Part shown: piece by piece, positions 9,319-18,078 of the stretch | How positions within the stretch are numbered: position 1 is the first letter of the stretch | Layout of the letters: each line of letters opens with the position of its first letter | The notes under the pieces: model-generated | What the model saw: the letters and a program-made list of their open reading frames with translations, nothing else | Database searches by the model: none | Told to the model about the DNA's origin: nothing | Translations under genes and position numbers: made by a program | Sequence record: DRR378314_1792 | DNA: 22,322 nt | Direction: 5' to 3' (one strand)

Positions 9319-9744
9319 ATGCTGACCGCTACCCCTCATATTACCATCCCAGATCAAGAACTGGAGGAAAGCTTTGTCCGCTCTTCCGGGCCGGGGGGGC
9401 AGAATGTCAATAAAGTGGCAACAAGCGTCCAGCTCCGCTTTGATGCGAAAAATAGCACGGTTATCCCAGGATACGTCTTTACCCGCTTGAGAAACGTGGC
9501 AAGCCACCTTATGACCAAGGACGGGGTGATCATTATTGTCGCCGATACGCACCGGCTTCAAAGCCGTAATCGCGAGGATGCACGGGATCGTCTTGCATCC
9601 TTAATAGCAAAAGCCAGCGAACGCCCCAAGAGGCGCATTCCGACCAAGCCCTCCCGTGCTGCCAAGGCCAAACGGGTTGATGCCAAGAAACAACGGGGAA
9701 GCCTGAAAAAGCATCGCCGGCCTGTCACTAAATCTGATTACTAG
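9319..9744 (+). CDS. arfB: Alternative ribosome rescue aminoacyl-tRNA hydrolase ArfB
   Basis: FVRSSGPGGQNVNKVAT (GGQ motif), R.Q.RNREDA..RL and a basic tail RIPTKPSRAAKAKRVDAKKQRG..K..RR. Confidence 0.96.
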   Translation: MLTATPHITIPDQELEESFVRSSGPGGQNVNKVATSVQLRFDAKNSTVIPGYVFTRLRNVASHLMTKDGVIIIVADTHRLQSRNREDARDRLASLIAKASERPKRRIPTKPSRAAKAKRVDAKKQRGSLKKHRRPVTKSDY

Positions 9745-9747
9745 ACG

Positions 9748-10215
9748 CTAACCGCGTCCTCTGTACCCAGGGACACCCTGATCCGGGATCCAGATGCCAT
9801 CTGGAGCGGGCCCTGTCTGATAAAACACATCGATGGGAATGCCACCCCTTGGGTACCAATAACCCCCAATCCTGAGCCATTTGGGGCTCAAAAGCGTGAC
9901 AAGTCGTTTACCAATGGAAACCGTGCAGTCCTCATGGAAGGCCCCGTGATTACGAAAAGATCCCAAAAATAATTTCAGGGACTTACTCTCAACCAGACTA
10001 TCAACAGGAATATAATCAATCACCAAGTGGGCAAAGTCGGGCTGGCCGGTGATGGGACAGAGAGATGTGAATTCAGGTGCCGCGAAGCGAACCATATAGT
10101 CAGTTCCCGCTTGCGGGTTTGGAACTTTTTCAAGGATCGCCTCCTCCGGTGAGGCGGGCAATCCTGTCTGCTGGCCCAGTTGTTCCAGATTGCTATAAAT
10201 ACTGTCATCGCCCAC
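9748..10215 (-). CDS. queF: NADPH-dependent 7-cyano-7-deazaguanine (preQ0) reductase, short unimodular type
   Basis: [16 protein letters not shown] (catalytic Cys/Asp), [10 protein letters not shown] QueF motif, FHEDC and PRGGIPI; GTG start with GAAAGGA SD. Confidence 0.97.
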   Translation of the reverse strand: MGDDSIYSNLEQLGQQTGLPASPEEAILEKVPNPQAGTDYMVRFAAPEFTSLCPITGQPDFAHLVIDYIPVDSLVESKSLKLFLGSFRNHGAFHEDCTVSIGKRLVTLLSPKWLRIGGYWYPRGGIPIDVFYQTGPAPDGIWIPDQGVPGYRGRG

Positions 10216-10287
10216 GGCCTAATTCCTTTCAACAGGGTCCACTGCCATTCACATATGACCGGTTTTTCTTATTGGCAAGAAAAGGCC

Positions 10288-10322
10288 AAAAGAAGCGGTG
10301 ATCAGATGATCACCGCTTCTTC
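10288..10322 (-). terminator. Intrinsic terminator of the VPLPA-CTERM gene
   Basis: AAGAAGCGGTGATC-N4-GATCACCGCTTCTT stem about 20 nt after the stop; the minus strand runs into TTTT. Confidence 0.8.
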
Positions 10323-10341
10323 ATACCCCTCAGCAGAAATT

Positions 10342-10938
10342 TTATGCTTCTGCGCGACGCCGGCGCCAGCCCATAAACCCAAGAAGGGCCATGCCTGCAC
10401 CATATAGTGGCAACGCTGCCGGAAGCGGAACAGCTGAGATAGCGACATTCGCAAATTCAAAAGAGTTGCCTGTTGACAGGAAGCGAACCTCATCAAAAGA
10501 ACCATTTGTCAGAATTGTTGCCATAATGAAGTCAGCACCTTCAGTTGCGCCTTCGTCAATTGCATCCTGACCGACCACTGAATCAACGAGCTGGCCGTCA
10601 CTATAGAATTCCATAGAGTTATACAGATCCACAGAACCCCACATAAATGTCAGGCTATTCATCATTGACTGGAAGTAAAACGTTGCTGACGCACCGCCGA
10701 ATACAGATGTGTAGGTGTTTCCAGTATTTGATGTCGTATCCCATGGGGACCGACGTTGGCTGGACACTGAACCGGTTACACCTTGTTGAACTGTACCGCT
10801 TGTAGCATCTGCGGTTGGAACACCAATATCATTTAATGGCTCATCAAAGCTGACACTAACTGTTGCAGCCTGTGCGGATGCTGCAAAAAGAATAACTGCA
10901 CCAAAAGCACCGATAAAAGTCTTAACTAAGGACTTCAT
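10342..10938 (-). CDS. VPLPA-CTERM exosortase-sorted surface protein (core resembles the Npun_F0296-like family)
   Basis: Signal peptide ending ASAQA|ATV; Ser/Thr/Asn-rich beta-type core with WGSVD.YNS.EF and N.FEF.NV; C-terminal VPLPAALPLYGAGMALLGFMGW-RRRR (motif, transmembrane helix, Arg cluster); AGAGGGG SD. Confidence 0.92.
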   Translation of the reverse strand: MKSLVKTFIGAFGAVILFAASAQAATVSVSFDEPLNDIGVPTADATSGTVQQGVTGSVSSQRRSPWDTTSNTGNTYTSVFGGASATFYFQSMMNSLTFMWGSVDLYNSMEFYSDGQLVDSVVGQDAIDEGATEGADFIMATILTNGSFDEVRFLSTGNSFEFANVAISAVPLPAALPLYGAGMALLGFMGWRRRRAEA

Positions 10939-11155
10939 TTTTCTACCCCTCTACAGGTTAAACAACTGTCGCCAAAAATCACGTTGGCTAAATTTCTTGC
11001 GCCCTTTTTGGAGGCTAATAAAAGATTGGTCAAACCAAAATAGCGGCTTTTGTTAAAATTTTACGTATTTTTCATTCGGCTTACTGCATATGAGGTATGA
11101 AACAAATGGTGTTGTTAACCATAATTTTTGAAAAAGCGGGATCTGGCCTGGAAAT

Positions 11156-12097
11156 TTAGAGAATCATCTGCAAAAACAGCAACCAGCCCGATATAGAAAC
11201 CACCCCAAGAACCGTACTTTGCAAAACCGTATTGGCCGCAACATCAGTCGAACGGTTATAAAAAGTCGCAAAAATATAGACATTCAGCCCCGATGGCATG
11301 GCAGCCGTGAGGGTCGCTACTCGAACCAGATCATTGGAAAGCGCAAAGACATAGTGCGTAAAAATAAAAGCAATGAGGGGATGCAGCACCAGTTTCAGCA
11401 GGCTTGAGATCAATGCCTGCCCCCAGCTTTCCCGAAGCTTATACTGAACCAGCGCGCCGCCGAGGCCAAAAAGCGCGGCTGGTAGAACTGCTGTTGCCAT
11501 CATCTTCGTTGCATCGTCAATAATGGAGGGCAACTCCACACCCAACAGGTTCATCATAATTCCAAGTGAAATCCCGATCAGTAAAGGATTTTTCAAAACT
11601 CGGGCAATCGCCTCTCCGACCGCTTTTCCAAGAGGCTCTCCATCCCGGCGGGCAAACTCCATGACAATCATGCCGAAACTCATCAGAAGCGGGGCATGAA
11701 ACCCGACAATTGCAAATAGAAGCGGTAATGCCTCATCTCCATAGGCTCGCTGAATAATGGGTAAGCCCAGCAAAACGGTATTGGTGAAATAAGCCGAAAA
11801 ACCGACAGCAACAGACTCGCCATTGCGGCGTTTAAACGCCATCTTTGCGATGGCAAATGAAATGCCAAAACAAATAAACGCCCCCAGATAAAAGGAGAAA
11901 AGATATTGGGGATTAAAGGTCGATTGGAAATCCACCCGCAGCATTGCCTGAAACAACAGACATGGCGTCGCGAAATTATTCACGAAACTAATGAGCCCTG
12001 ACACACCCGCCTTTGGATAGAGCTTCAATCGGACACTAAAATATCCCAGCGCTACCAACGCAAACACAGGCCCGATCACACTGAGAACAGTGAGCAT
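11156..12097 (-). CDS. AEC family transporter (auxin efflux carrier/malonate MdcF-like)
   Basis: About 10 hydrophobic segments; PVFALVALGY, FATPCLLF, NTVLLGLP, KNPLLI, KLVLHP and AAMPSG.N motifs. Confidence 0.92.
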   Translation of the reverse strand: MLTVLSVIGPVFALVALGYFSVRLKLYPKAGVSGLISFVNNFATPCLLFQAMLRVDFQSTFNPQYLFSFYLGAFICFGISFAIAKMAFKRRNGESVAVGFSAYFTNTVLLGLPIIQRAYGDEALPLLFAIVGFHAPLLMSFGMIVMEFARRDGEPLGKAVGEAIARVLKNPLLIGISLGIMMNLLGVELPSIIDDATKMMATAVLPAALFGLGGALVQYKLRESWGQALISSLLKLVLHPLIAFIFTHYVFALSNDLVRVATLTAAMPSGLNVYIFATFYNRSTDVAANTVLQSTVLGVVSISGWLLFLQMIL

Positions 12098-12128
12098 GAC
12101 CTAACCTTTCTAATTTTCTATGGCAGAA

Positions 12129-15002
12129 CTAGTGCGCTTCGCCCCAGTTATCCCCAATTCCGGCATCCACAATGAGCGGTACCGACACCTCCACAGCAGG
12201 CGCTGCGGCATTTTCCATTATATCCCGAATAACCGCCGCTGTTTTATCCGTCTCTTCTTCCGGAACTTCAAAAATCAGCTCATCGTGAACTTGTAATAAC
12301 ATTCTGGCGGTCAAGCCTGCCTCTTCCAGTGCAGCTGGCAGACGGATCATTGCACGCTTGATGATATCAGCGGCCGTTCCCTGAATTGGGGCGTTAATCG
12401 CTGCGCGCTCCGAAAAGCTGCGGCGCGCCCCATTTTTATCGGTAATCCCCGGTAAATGAACTTTCCGACCAAACAAGGTTTGTACATACCCGTTTTCTTT
12501 ACAGAAAGCCTTTGTTTCGTCCATATAACGCTGAATACCTGGATATTGCTCAAAATAAGCGGTGATATAATCCTGGGCTTGTGTCCGGCTTACATCCAAC
12601 TGACGCGCCAGGCCAAAGGCACTAATCCCATAGATAATCCCAAAATTAATAGCCTTGGCAGATCGTCGCATCATCGGATCCATTCCGTCCAACGGGATAC
12701 CAAAGACCTGAGACGCCGTTTTTGCATGAATATCCAGCCCATCCGCAAATGCCTGTTTCAGGCTTTCGATATTGGCAATATGGGCCAGAATCCGAAGTTC
12801 AATCTGTGAATAATCTGCACTGATCAGCTTACAACCCTCTTCAGCGATAAATGCCTTTCGAAGTTTCCTGCCTTCTTCGGTCCGGATCGGAATATTCTGC
12901 AGGTTTGGCTCACTGGATGCCAAACGGCCTGTGGCCGCCGCCGCCAGACTGAAAGAGGTATGAATACGGCCTGTATGCTCATTAACCTGCGCCTGAAGGG
13001 CATCAGTGTAGGTACTTTTCAATTTGGAAAGCTGACGCCAATCCAGAACCCGCTGAGCCAGTTCCACCCCGCTCGCGGCCAATGTTTCCAGAACATTGAC
13101 ATCGGTGGTATAGGCACCGTTTTTGCCTTTCTTGCCCCCTTCCAATCCCATTTTATCAAACAGGATCTCCCCAAGCTGCTTTGGGGAACCGACATTGAAC
13201 TCTTCCCCGGCAAGGTCATGGATTTCTGAGACATAAGCCTCCATCCGGCCGCCGAAATCCTCAGATAACTGGTTTAAGTAAGCTTTATCTACCTTAATCC
13301 CATTTTGCTCCATCATGGCAATTACCGGAACCAAAGGGCGCTCAATTGTTTCGTAAAGCGTGGCAACTTTTTTCCGAAACAGGCTAGGCTTCAGTAATTT
13401 ATGAAGCCGCAGCGTGATATCCGCATCTTCTGCTGCATATTCGGTGGCTTTTTCAACCGGAACTTCGGCAAAGCTGATCTGTGATTTCCCGGTACCGGTG
13501 ATTTCTTTGTAGGGAATAGGGGCAATGTCCAGATGCATTTTGGACAATTCATCCATGCCATGTCCATGCAAGCCGGCATCAAGACAATAAGACAAAAGCA
13601 TCGTATCATCGACCGGTGAGATCTGCAGGCCTTCTTTGGCAAGGATGGTCATGTCATATTTAATATTCTGACCAACCTTCAAAATTCCCGGATCTTGCAA
13701 AATACCTTTGAGGGCTTCAATAACCTCTTTCTTGGGGAGCTGTTTGATACTTTGATCCTGGCTATCACCAGCGGCGCCATCACCAAAATCAAACCCACCT
13801 TGTTCTGCTGGTTTACGGTGCCCGACCGGGATGTAACAAGCCTCTCCCGCATCAATCGACAAAGAGATACCGACCAGTTCTGCGGCCATCGGGTTCAAGC
13901 TGGTTGTTTCCGTATCAATGGCAAGCAGGCCAATTTTCTCAGCTTTTTTGATCCATTTCGCCAAATCCTTCATATCCGTAACAGTCGAATAGGATTTCTC
14001 GACAGATTTGAGGTCGATATTACTGGCAGAAGCAACCAGCGCCCCGGTATCTTTTTTCTGGGACTCAATGGTGACCGCAAAATCGGGACCGTAAAACGAA
14101 GCAACCCTGCTGCTGAGCTGTCGAAACTCGTTGGTTTTCAAAAAACCTTTCAAAGCATCCGGTTCCGGATCCCGAATATTGAGATCCTGCACAGCAACTT
14201 CAAGTTCCACATCATCTTTCAGACGAACAAGCTCTCGACTGATGCGGGCTTGATCAGCATTTTCTAAAAGCTTCTCGCGCCGGCCTTTCTGCTTAATCTC
14301 ACCAGCCCGCTCCAGGAGTGTATCCAGATCCCCATATTCATTGATCAGAAGCGCCGCGGTTTTAATGCCAATACCGGGAACGCCTGGGACATTATCCACA
14401 CTGTCACCAGCAAGCGATTGAATATCCACCACCTTTTCCGGTCCAACGCCAAATTTTTCGTGAACCTGTTCCACATCAATGGAGATGTTTTTCATCGGAT
14501 CCAGCATGGTAACCGGGCCGCCGACCAGTTGCATCAAATCCTTATCGGAAGAGACGATGACGCATTCCATATCCTGCTCGCGAGCCTGGCGGGCATATGT
14601 TGCGATGATGTCATCAGCTTCAAAACCGGCTTTTTCAATCGCTGGAACGTTGAACGCACGGGTCGCTTCACGCACCAACGGGAACTGAGGGACTAAATCT
14701 TCAGGTGGCGCATCCCGATTGGCTTTATATTCAGGGTAAATATCTGTGCGGAAGGTTTTCCGGCTGGTATCAAAAATCACCGCAAGGTGGCTGACCCGAC
14801 TATCACTTTGGGTGTCTTGGATCAGCTTGAACAGCATATTGGAAAAGCCGAGTACCGCACCGGTCGGTGTCCCATCTGAGCGGGTCATGGGCCCGCGCCC
14901 CCGGATCATTGCGAAATAAGCCCTAAAAATGTAACCGGAGCCATCTACAAGATAAACGCGGTGCTTCTGGTTAGGATCGCCAGTGACGTCGGCTTCCTTC
15001 AT
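12129..15002 (-). CDS. polA: DNA polymerase I
   Basis: 5'-3' exonuclease (LVDGSGYIFRAY, YKANR, EADD), intact 3'-5' exonuclease motifs (DTETT, NIKYD, YAAEDAD) and polymerase motifs A/B/C (ADYSQIELR, KAINFGIIYG, QVHDEL). Confidence 0.99.
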   Translation of the reverse strand: MKEADVTGDPNQKHRVYLVDGSGYIFRAYFAMIRGRGPMTRSDGTPTGAVLGFSNMLFKLIQDTQSDSRVSHLAVIFDTSRKTFRTDIYPEYKANRDAPPEDLVPQFPLVREATRAFNVPAIEKAGFEADDIIATYARQAREQDMECVIVSSDKDLMQLVGGPVTMLDPMKNISIDVEQVHEKFGVGPEKVVDIQSLAGDSVDNVPGVPGIGIKTAALLINEYGDLDTLLERAGEIKQKGRREKLLENADQARISRELVRLKDDVELEVAVQDLNIRDPEPDALKGFLKTNEFRQLSSRVASFYGPDFAVTIESQKKDTGALVASASNIDLKSVEKSYSTVTDMKDLAKWIKKAEKIGLLAIDTETTSLNPMAAELVGISLSIDAGEACYIPVGHRKPAEQGGFDFGDGAAGDSQDQSIKQLPKKEVIEALKGILQDPGILKVGQNIKYDMTILAKEGLQISPVDDTMLLSYCLDAGLHGHGMDELSKMHLDIAPIPYKEITGTGKSQISFAEVPVEKATEYAAEDADITLRLHKLLKPSLFRKKVATLYETIERPLVPVIAMMEQNGIKVDKAYLNQLSEDFGGRMEAYVSEIHDLAGEEFNVGSPKQLGEILFDKMGLEGGKKGKNGAYTTDVNVLETLAASGVELAQRVLDWRQLSKLKSTYTDALQAQVNEHTGRIHTSFSLAAAATGRLASSEPNLQNIPIRTEEGRKLRKAFIAEEGCKLISADYSQIELRILAHIANIESLKQAFADGLDIHAKTASQVFGIPLDGMDPMMRRSAKAINFGIIYGISAFGLARQLDVSRTQAQDYITAYFEQYPGIQRYMDETKAFCKENGYVQTLFGRKVHLPGITDKNGARRSFSERAAINAPIQGTAADIIKRAMIRLPAALEEAGLTARMLLQVHDELIFEVPEEETDKTAAVIRDIMENAAAPAVEVSVPLIVDAGIGDNWGEAH

Positions 15003-15033
15003 GCTATGCCTCTCATGTCAAACGGGTTGCGCC

Positions 15034-15231
15034 TCAGTGAGCGCCAGATACCTTCGCGCCTTCTTTCAACACGAATTCACGGCCACAATAAGGACAGTCC
15101 ACTTGGTGTTTATCCCCCAGGTTTAAATAAACCCGAGGATGACCAAGGGCTCCTTTACCACCATCACAATGAACTTTCAGGGTCTCTACCTCAACTCTAT
15201 CAGGTGCAGTCATAACCTTTTCACTTTCCAT
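15034..15231 (-). CDS. Zinc-finger (zf-CHCC) protein, NDUFS6/NUMM homologue
   Basis: C-DGG...LGHPRVY...CPYC pattern in 65 aa; the start could be 15231 or the second Met. Confidence 0.9.
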   Translation of the reverse strand: MESEKVMTAPDRVEVETLKVHCDGGKGALGHPRVYLNLGDKHQVDCPYCGREFVLKEGAKVSGAH

Positions 15232-15380
15232 TATTGGCTCATGCTACTTGCAACAAATGCCTTGAGACATTAAATCATGTCGCAACGGCTCAATAAGATA
15301 TGGGTCGGATGATATCGAACAATAGTGCTTTCGCAAGATGAAAAGCACGCCTCACATCACAAACACCAGGTTTCATTCCC

Positions 15381-16346
15381 ATGGCAGCATCCCCCGCCTT
15401 TTCTACCCAACCCGAAAACGCACTCGAAGTCCGCGATCTTCGAAAAGTGTATAAAGGAAAAGGCAAAGTCGCCGATAAGGTTGCCTTGAAGGGAATTACA
15501 CTGGATGTGCCAAAGGGCTCCTTTTTTGGCTTGCTGGGTCCCAATGGGGCCGGCAAATCCACCTTGATCAATATTCTGGCTGGGCTTGTTAATAAAACCT
15601 CCGGAACCGCTAAAGTCTGTGGCTATGACATCAATGGGCAAATGCGGCTGGCACGGCGATCGCTTGGCGTTGTGCCACAAGAATTGAACCTGGATGCTTT
15701 TTTCTCTGCGCGCGAGGTGATGGAATTTCAGGCTGGTTTATTCGGTGTCCCCAAAAGTCAGCGCCAGACCGACGAAATTCTCAGCGCAATGGGACTGTCT
15801 GATAAGGCAGACAGTTACGCGCGCACCCTGTCAGGCGGAATGCGCCGCCGGCTACTGGTTGCAAAAGCAATGGTGCACCGTCCAGATGTCATTATCCTGG
15901 ATGAACCGACCGCTGGTGTGGATATTGAGCTTCGCCAACAACTGTGGAGCTATATCCGGAAATTGAATGAAGCCGGAACCACTATCATTCTAACAACTCA
16001 TTACCTCGAAGAAGCGGAAGAGTTATGTGACCAGATTGCCATTATCAACCATGGCGAAGTTGTTGCGTGCGAGCCGACAGAAACTCTTCTCTCTAAACTG
16101 GACGCCAAAACCATCACGATCGTGCTGGATAGAGACATCGATGTTATTCCCGCGGCCCTACACCCTTATCACCCTGCCCTGTCCCATGGTAGGCGGCTGA
16201 CAATTCAGTATAAGCCAAGTGAAACCGATATTGGATTGATCCTGACAAAGTTATCAGAAAGTGGCCTTGGAATAATGGATTTGTCGACAGAAGAGCCTGA
16301 CCTTGAAGATGCTTTCCTGCAAATGACATCAAGTCGCCAATCCTGA
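15381..16346 (+). CDS. ABC-2-type transporter ATP-binding protein (YadG-like)
   Basis: Walker A GPNGAGKST, signature LSGGM, Walker B ILDEPT, H-loop TTHYLEEAE and C-terminal DLEDAF; no adjacent permease. Confidence 0.95.
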   Translation: MAASPAFSTQPENALEVRDLRKVYKGKGKVADKVALKGITLDVPKGSFFGLLGPNGAGKSTLINILAGLVNKTSGTAKVCGYDINGQMRLARRSLGVVPQELNLDAFFSAREVMEFQAGLFGVPKSQRQTDEILSAMGLSDKADSYARTLSGGMRRRLLVAKAMVHRPDVIILDEPTAGVDIELRQQLWSYIRKLNEAGTTIILTTHYLEEAEELCDQIAIINHGEVVACEPTETLLSKLDAKTITIVLDRDIDVIPAALHPYHPALSHGRRLTIQYKPSETDIGLILTKLSESGLGIMDLSTEEPDLEDAFLQMTSSRQS

Positions 16347-16467
16347 ATAAGGCCTATAAATTTTTCTGGAAATGAGCTAAGCTTCTATGACATAATTGTG
16401 GGATATCAAACAAAATTCGCTGTTTGAAAGTCTGTCTTGCAGCTAGATACTCAAAAATAGGTTTTTT

Positions 16468-17649
16468 ATGTCATCAGTACTTTATTCAGGTGGACTCCTT
16501 TTTGATGGAGAAGGCCCCCTTAAGGAAAACTTTGCCGTTCTTGTCGAAGGCGATACCGTTAAAGATGTCGCACCGGTTGAGAAATTTGCCGATTATCAAG
16601 GTGAAAAAGTTGATACCACTGGTGCGACCCTTATGCCGGGAATTGCCGACTGTCATGTCCATTTGATCTACCGGGGGGAAGCTAACCCCCATGCCAGCGT
16701 TCAAAGTGCCAGCCCCTCCGAACTGGCGCTTCGTGTTCTGGAAAACGCCCAGACATCATTGAAAAGCGGCATTACATCTGTCCGCGATTGCGGCGGTAAA
16801 GACTATATTGAATTTCCTGTGCGCGACGCGATCAACTCTGGTCGCTTTTTGGGCCCAAATATTATGGCGTCCGGTCGCATGATCTGCATGACCGGCGGGC
16901 ACGGAAACAGATACGGCCGTGTGGCTGATGGCTGTGATGAGGTTGTTAAGGCTGTTCGCGAACAGGTTCATGCTGGCAGCGACCTGATTAAAATCATGGC
17001 AACAGGTGGTGTTATGACCCCGGGCGTCAATCCGGAAGATGCCCATTATTCCGCAGATGAAATGAAAGCGGGCGTTCATGAAGCCAATCGGTTTCATCGC
17101 TCAACTGCCTCCCACGCACAAGGGGCGGAGGGGATTATGAACGCGGTTAACGCCGGCATCACATCAATTGAGCACGGCATTTTCATGGATCAGGAATGCC
17201 TGGATGCCATGTTGGAGCGAGGAACCTACCTGGTGCCGACCCTGGCGGCAGTCAAGAACATTATCAACAACAAAGACAATGGTATTCCGGCCTATGCCGT
17301 TGAAAAATCTTTGCGCGTTTATGATCGTCATCAGGAAAGTTTTGCCATGTTCTACAAGGCAGGCGGCAAGATTGCCATGGGCACCGATGCCGGCACCCCC
17401 TTTAACCTGCATGGGAAAAACGCCTTGGAGCTGGCCTATATGGTCGAATGCGGAATGAGCCCTATCGACAGCTTAAAAGCAGCCACATCTGTTGGTCATG
17501 CCTGTATGCAGTATGAAGATCGCGGACAAATCAAAGAAGGGTTTAAAGCGGACATGCTGATCGTCAATGGAAACCCTGAACAGGATATTATGATGGCTGC
17601 AGACCCGGTAAATTATAAAGCTGTGATCAAGAACGGCAATCGGGTTTAA
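16468..17649 (+). CDS. Metal-dependent amidohydrolase (Xaa-Pro dipeptidase/carboxypeptidase-like subfamily)
   Basis: Binuclear-site ligands DCHVH, IKIMATGG (carbamylated Lys position), ASHAQG, IEHG and MGTDAG; no signal peptide. Confidence 0.93.
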   Translation: MSSVLYSGGLLFDGEGPLKENFAVLVEGDTVKDVAPVEKFADYQGEKVDTTGATLMPGIADCHVHLIYRGEANPHASVQSASPSELALRVLENAQTSLKSGITSVRDCGGKDYIEFPVRDAINSGRFLGPNIMASGRMICMTGGHGNRYGRVADGCDEVVKAVREQVHAGSDLIKIMATGGVMTPGVNPEDAHYSADEMKAGVHEANRFHRSTASHAQGAEGIMNAVNAGITSIEHGIFMDQECLDAMLERGTYLVPTLAAVKNIINNKDNGIPAYAVEKSLRVYDRHQESFAMFYKAGGKIAMGTDAGTPFNLHGKNALELAYMVECGMSPIDSLKAATSVGHACMQYEDRGQIKEGFKADMLIVNGNPEQDIMMAADPVNYKAVIKNGNRV

Positions 17650-17681
17650 TTTAACTAATCCATTACCCTCCTCTTTTATGG

Positions 17682-17712
17682 AAAAGCCGGTGATTTTCAT
17701 CGGCTTTTTTTT
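17682..17712 (+). terminator. Intrinsic terminator after the amidohydrolase gene
   Basis: AAAAGCCGGTGA...TCATCGGC followed by 8 T (one G-U pair in the stem). Confidence 0.88.
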
Positions 17713-17774
17713 CGATTTCTTCAGTTTCCGCCCTACATCTATTCTAAGTTCATATAACCATCGGAGGAGATGAA

Positions 17775-17969
17775 ATGGGACTCAGTCGGGATATGGCAAG
17801 AGCTGCAGATCGAAAGCATCGGTACTGGCAACGGGTGGAAAAAGAAAGAGCTATGGATCGGGATCAGGGATCTGATCATGCCAGCGAATATTCAAAGATT
17901 ATCCAGTCAGAAAAAGACCATTACAAATATTTGTCTAAAATTCACCAAATGAGACGTAAAAATGATTAA
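17775..17969 (+). CDS. Small, highly charged hypothetical protein (64 aa)
   Basis: Strong SD GGAGG at 17763-17767, 7 nt before ATG 17775; fills an otherwise empty intergenic gap; no family recognised. Confidence 0.7.
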   Translation: MGLSRDMARAADRKHRYWQRVEKERAMDRDQGSDHASEYSKIIQSEKDHYKYLSKIHQMRRKND

Positions 17970-18021
17970 CAATTGGGCAAATGCTCAATTTAAATTCGAA
18001 TTAGATCATTAAATACCTGAC

Positions 18022-18050
18022 TAGACATAAACCTAAAATTTCGCTACCGT
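18022..18050 (+). promoter_or_regulatory. Candidate sigma70-type promoter for the ATP-grasp operon
   Basis: TAGACA-N17-TACCGT in an AT-rich intergenic region. Confidence 0.4.
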
Positions 18051-18078
18051 ATTTCAATAATACTTGGAAATGGTGGAT

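Noticed and set aside
9319-10215. Functional link between convergent arfB and queF (both translation-related)
   Set aside because: Only adjacency (3-bp gap) supports it.
10216-10290. Possible preQ1 riboswitch upstream of queF
   Set aside because: No preQ1-I stem-loop with an A-rich 3' tail is visible; the region looks like a plain promoter (TTGCCA-N17-TATGTG on the minus strand) with a short leader.
10985-11000. Sigma54-like TGGC...TTGC near the VPLPA-CTERM gene
   Set aside because: GG and GC are 11 nt apart rather than 10, and the element is on the strand opposite to the gene.
17855-17878. Four GATC within about 24 nt in the small ORF
   Set aside because: Explained by Asp codons and adjacent residues (DRDQGSDH); too short to call a repeat or methylation switch.
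17770-17952. Alternative 60-aa ORF overlapping the 64-aa ORF
   Set aside because: Its ATG is only 2 nt from GGAGG, and its Trp-rich composition looks like an off-frame reading; 17775 has optimal spacing.
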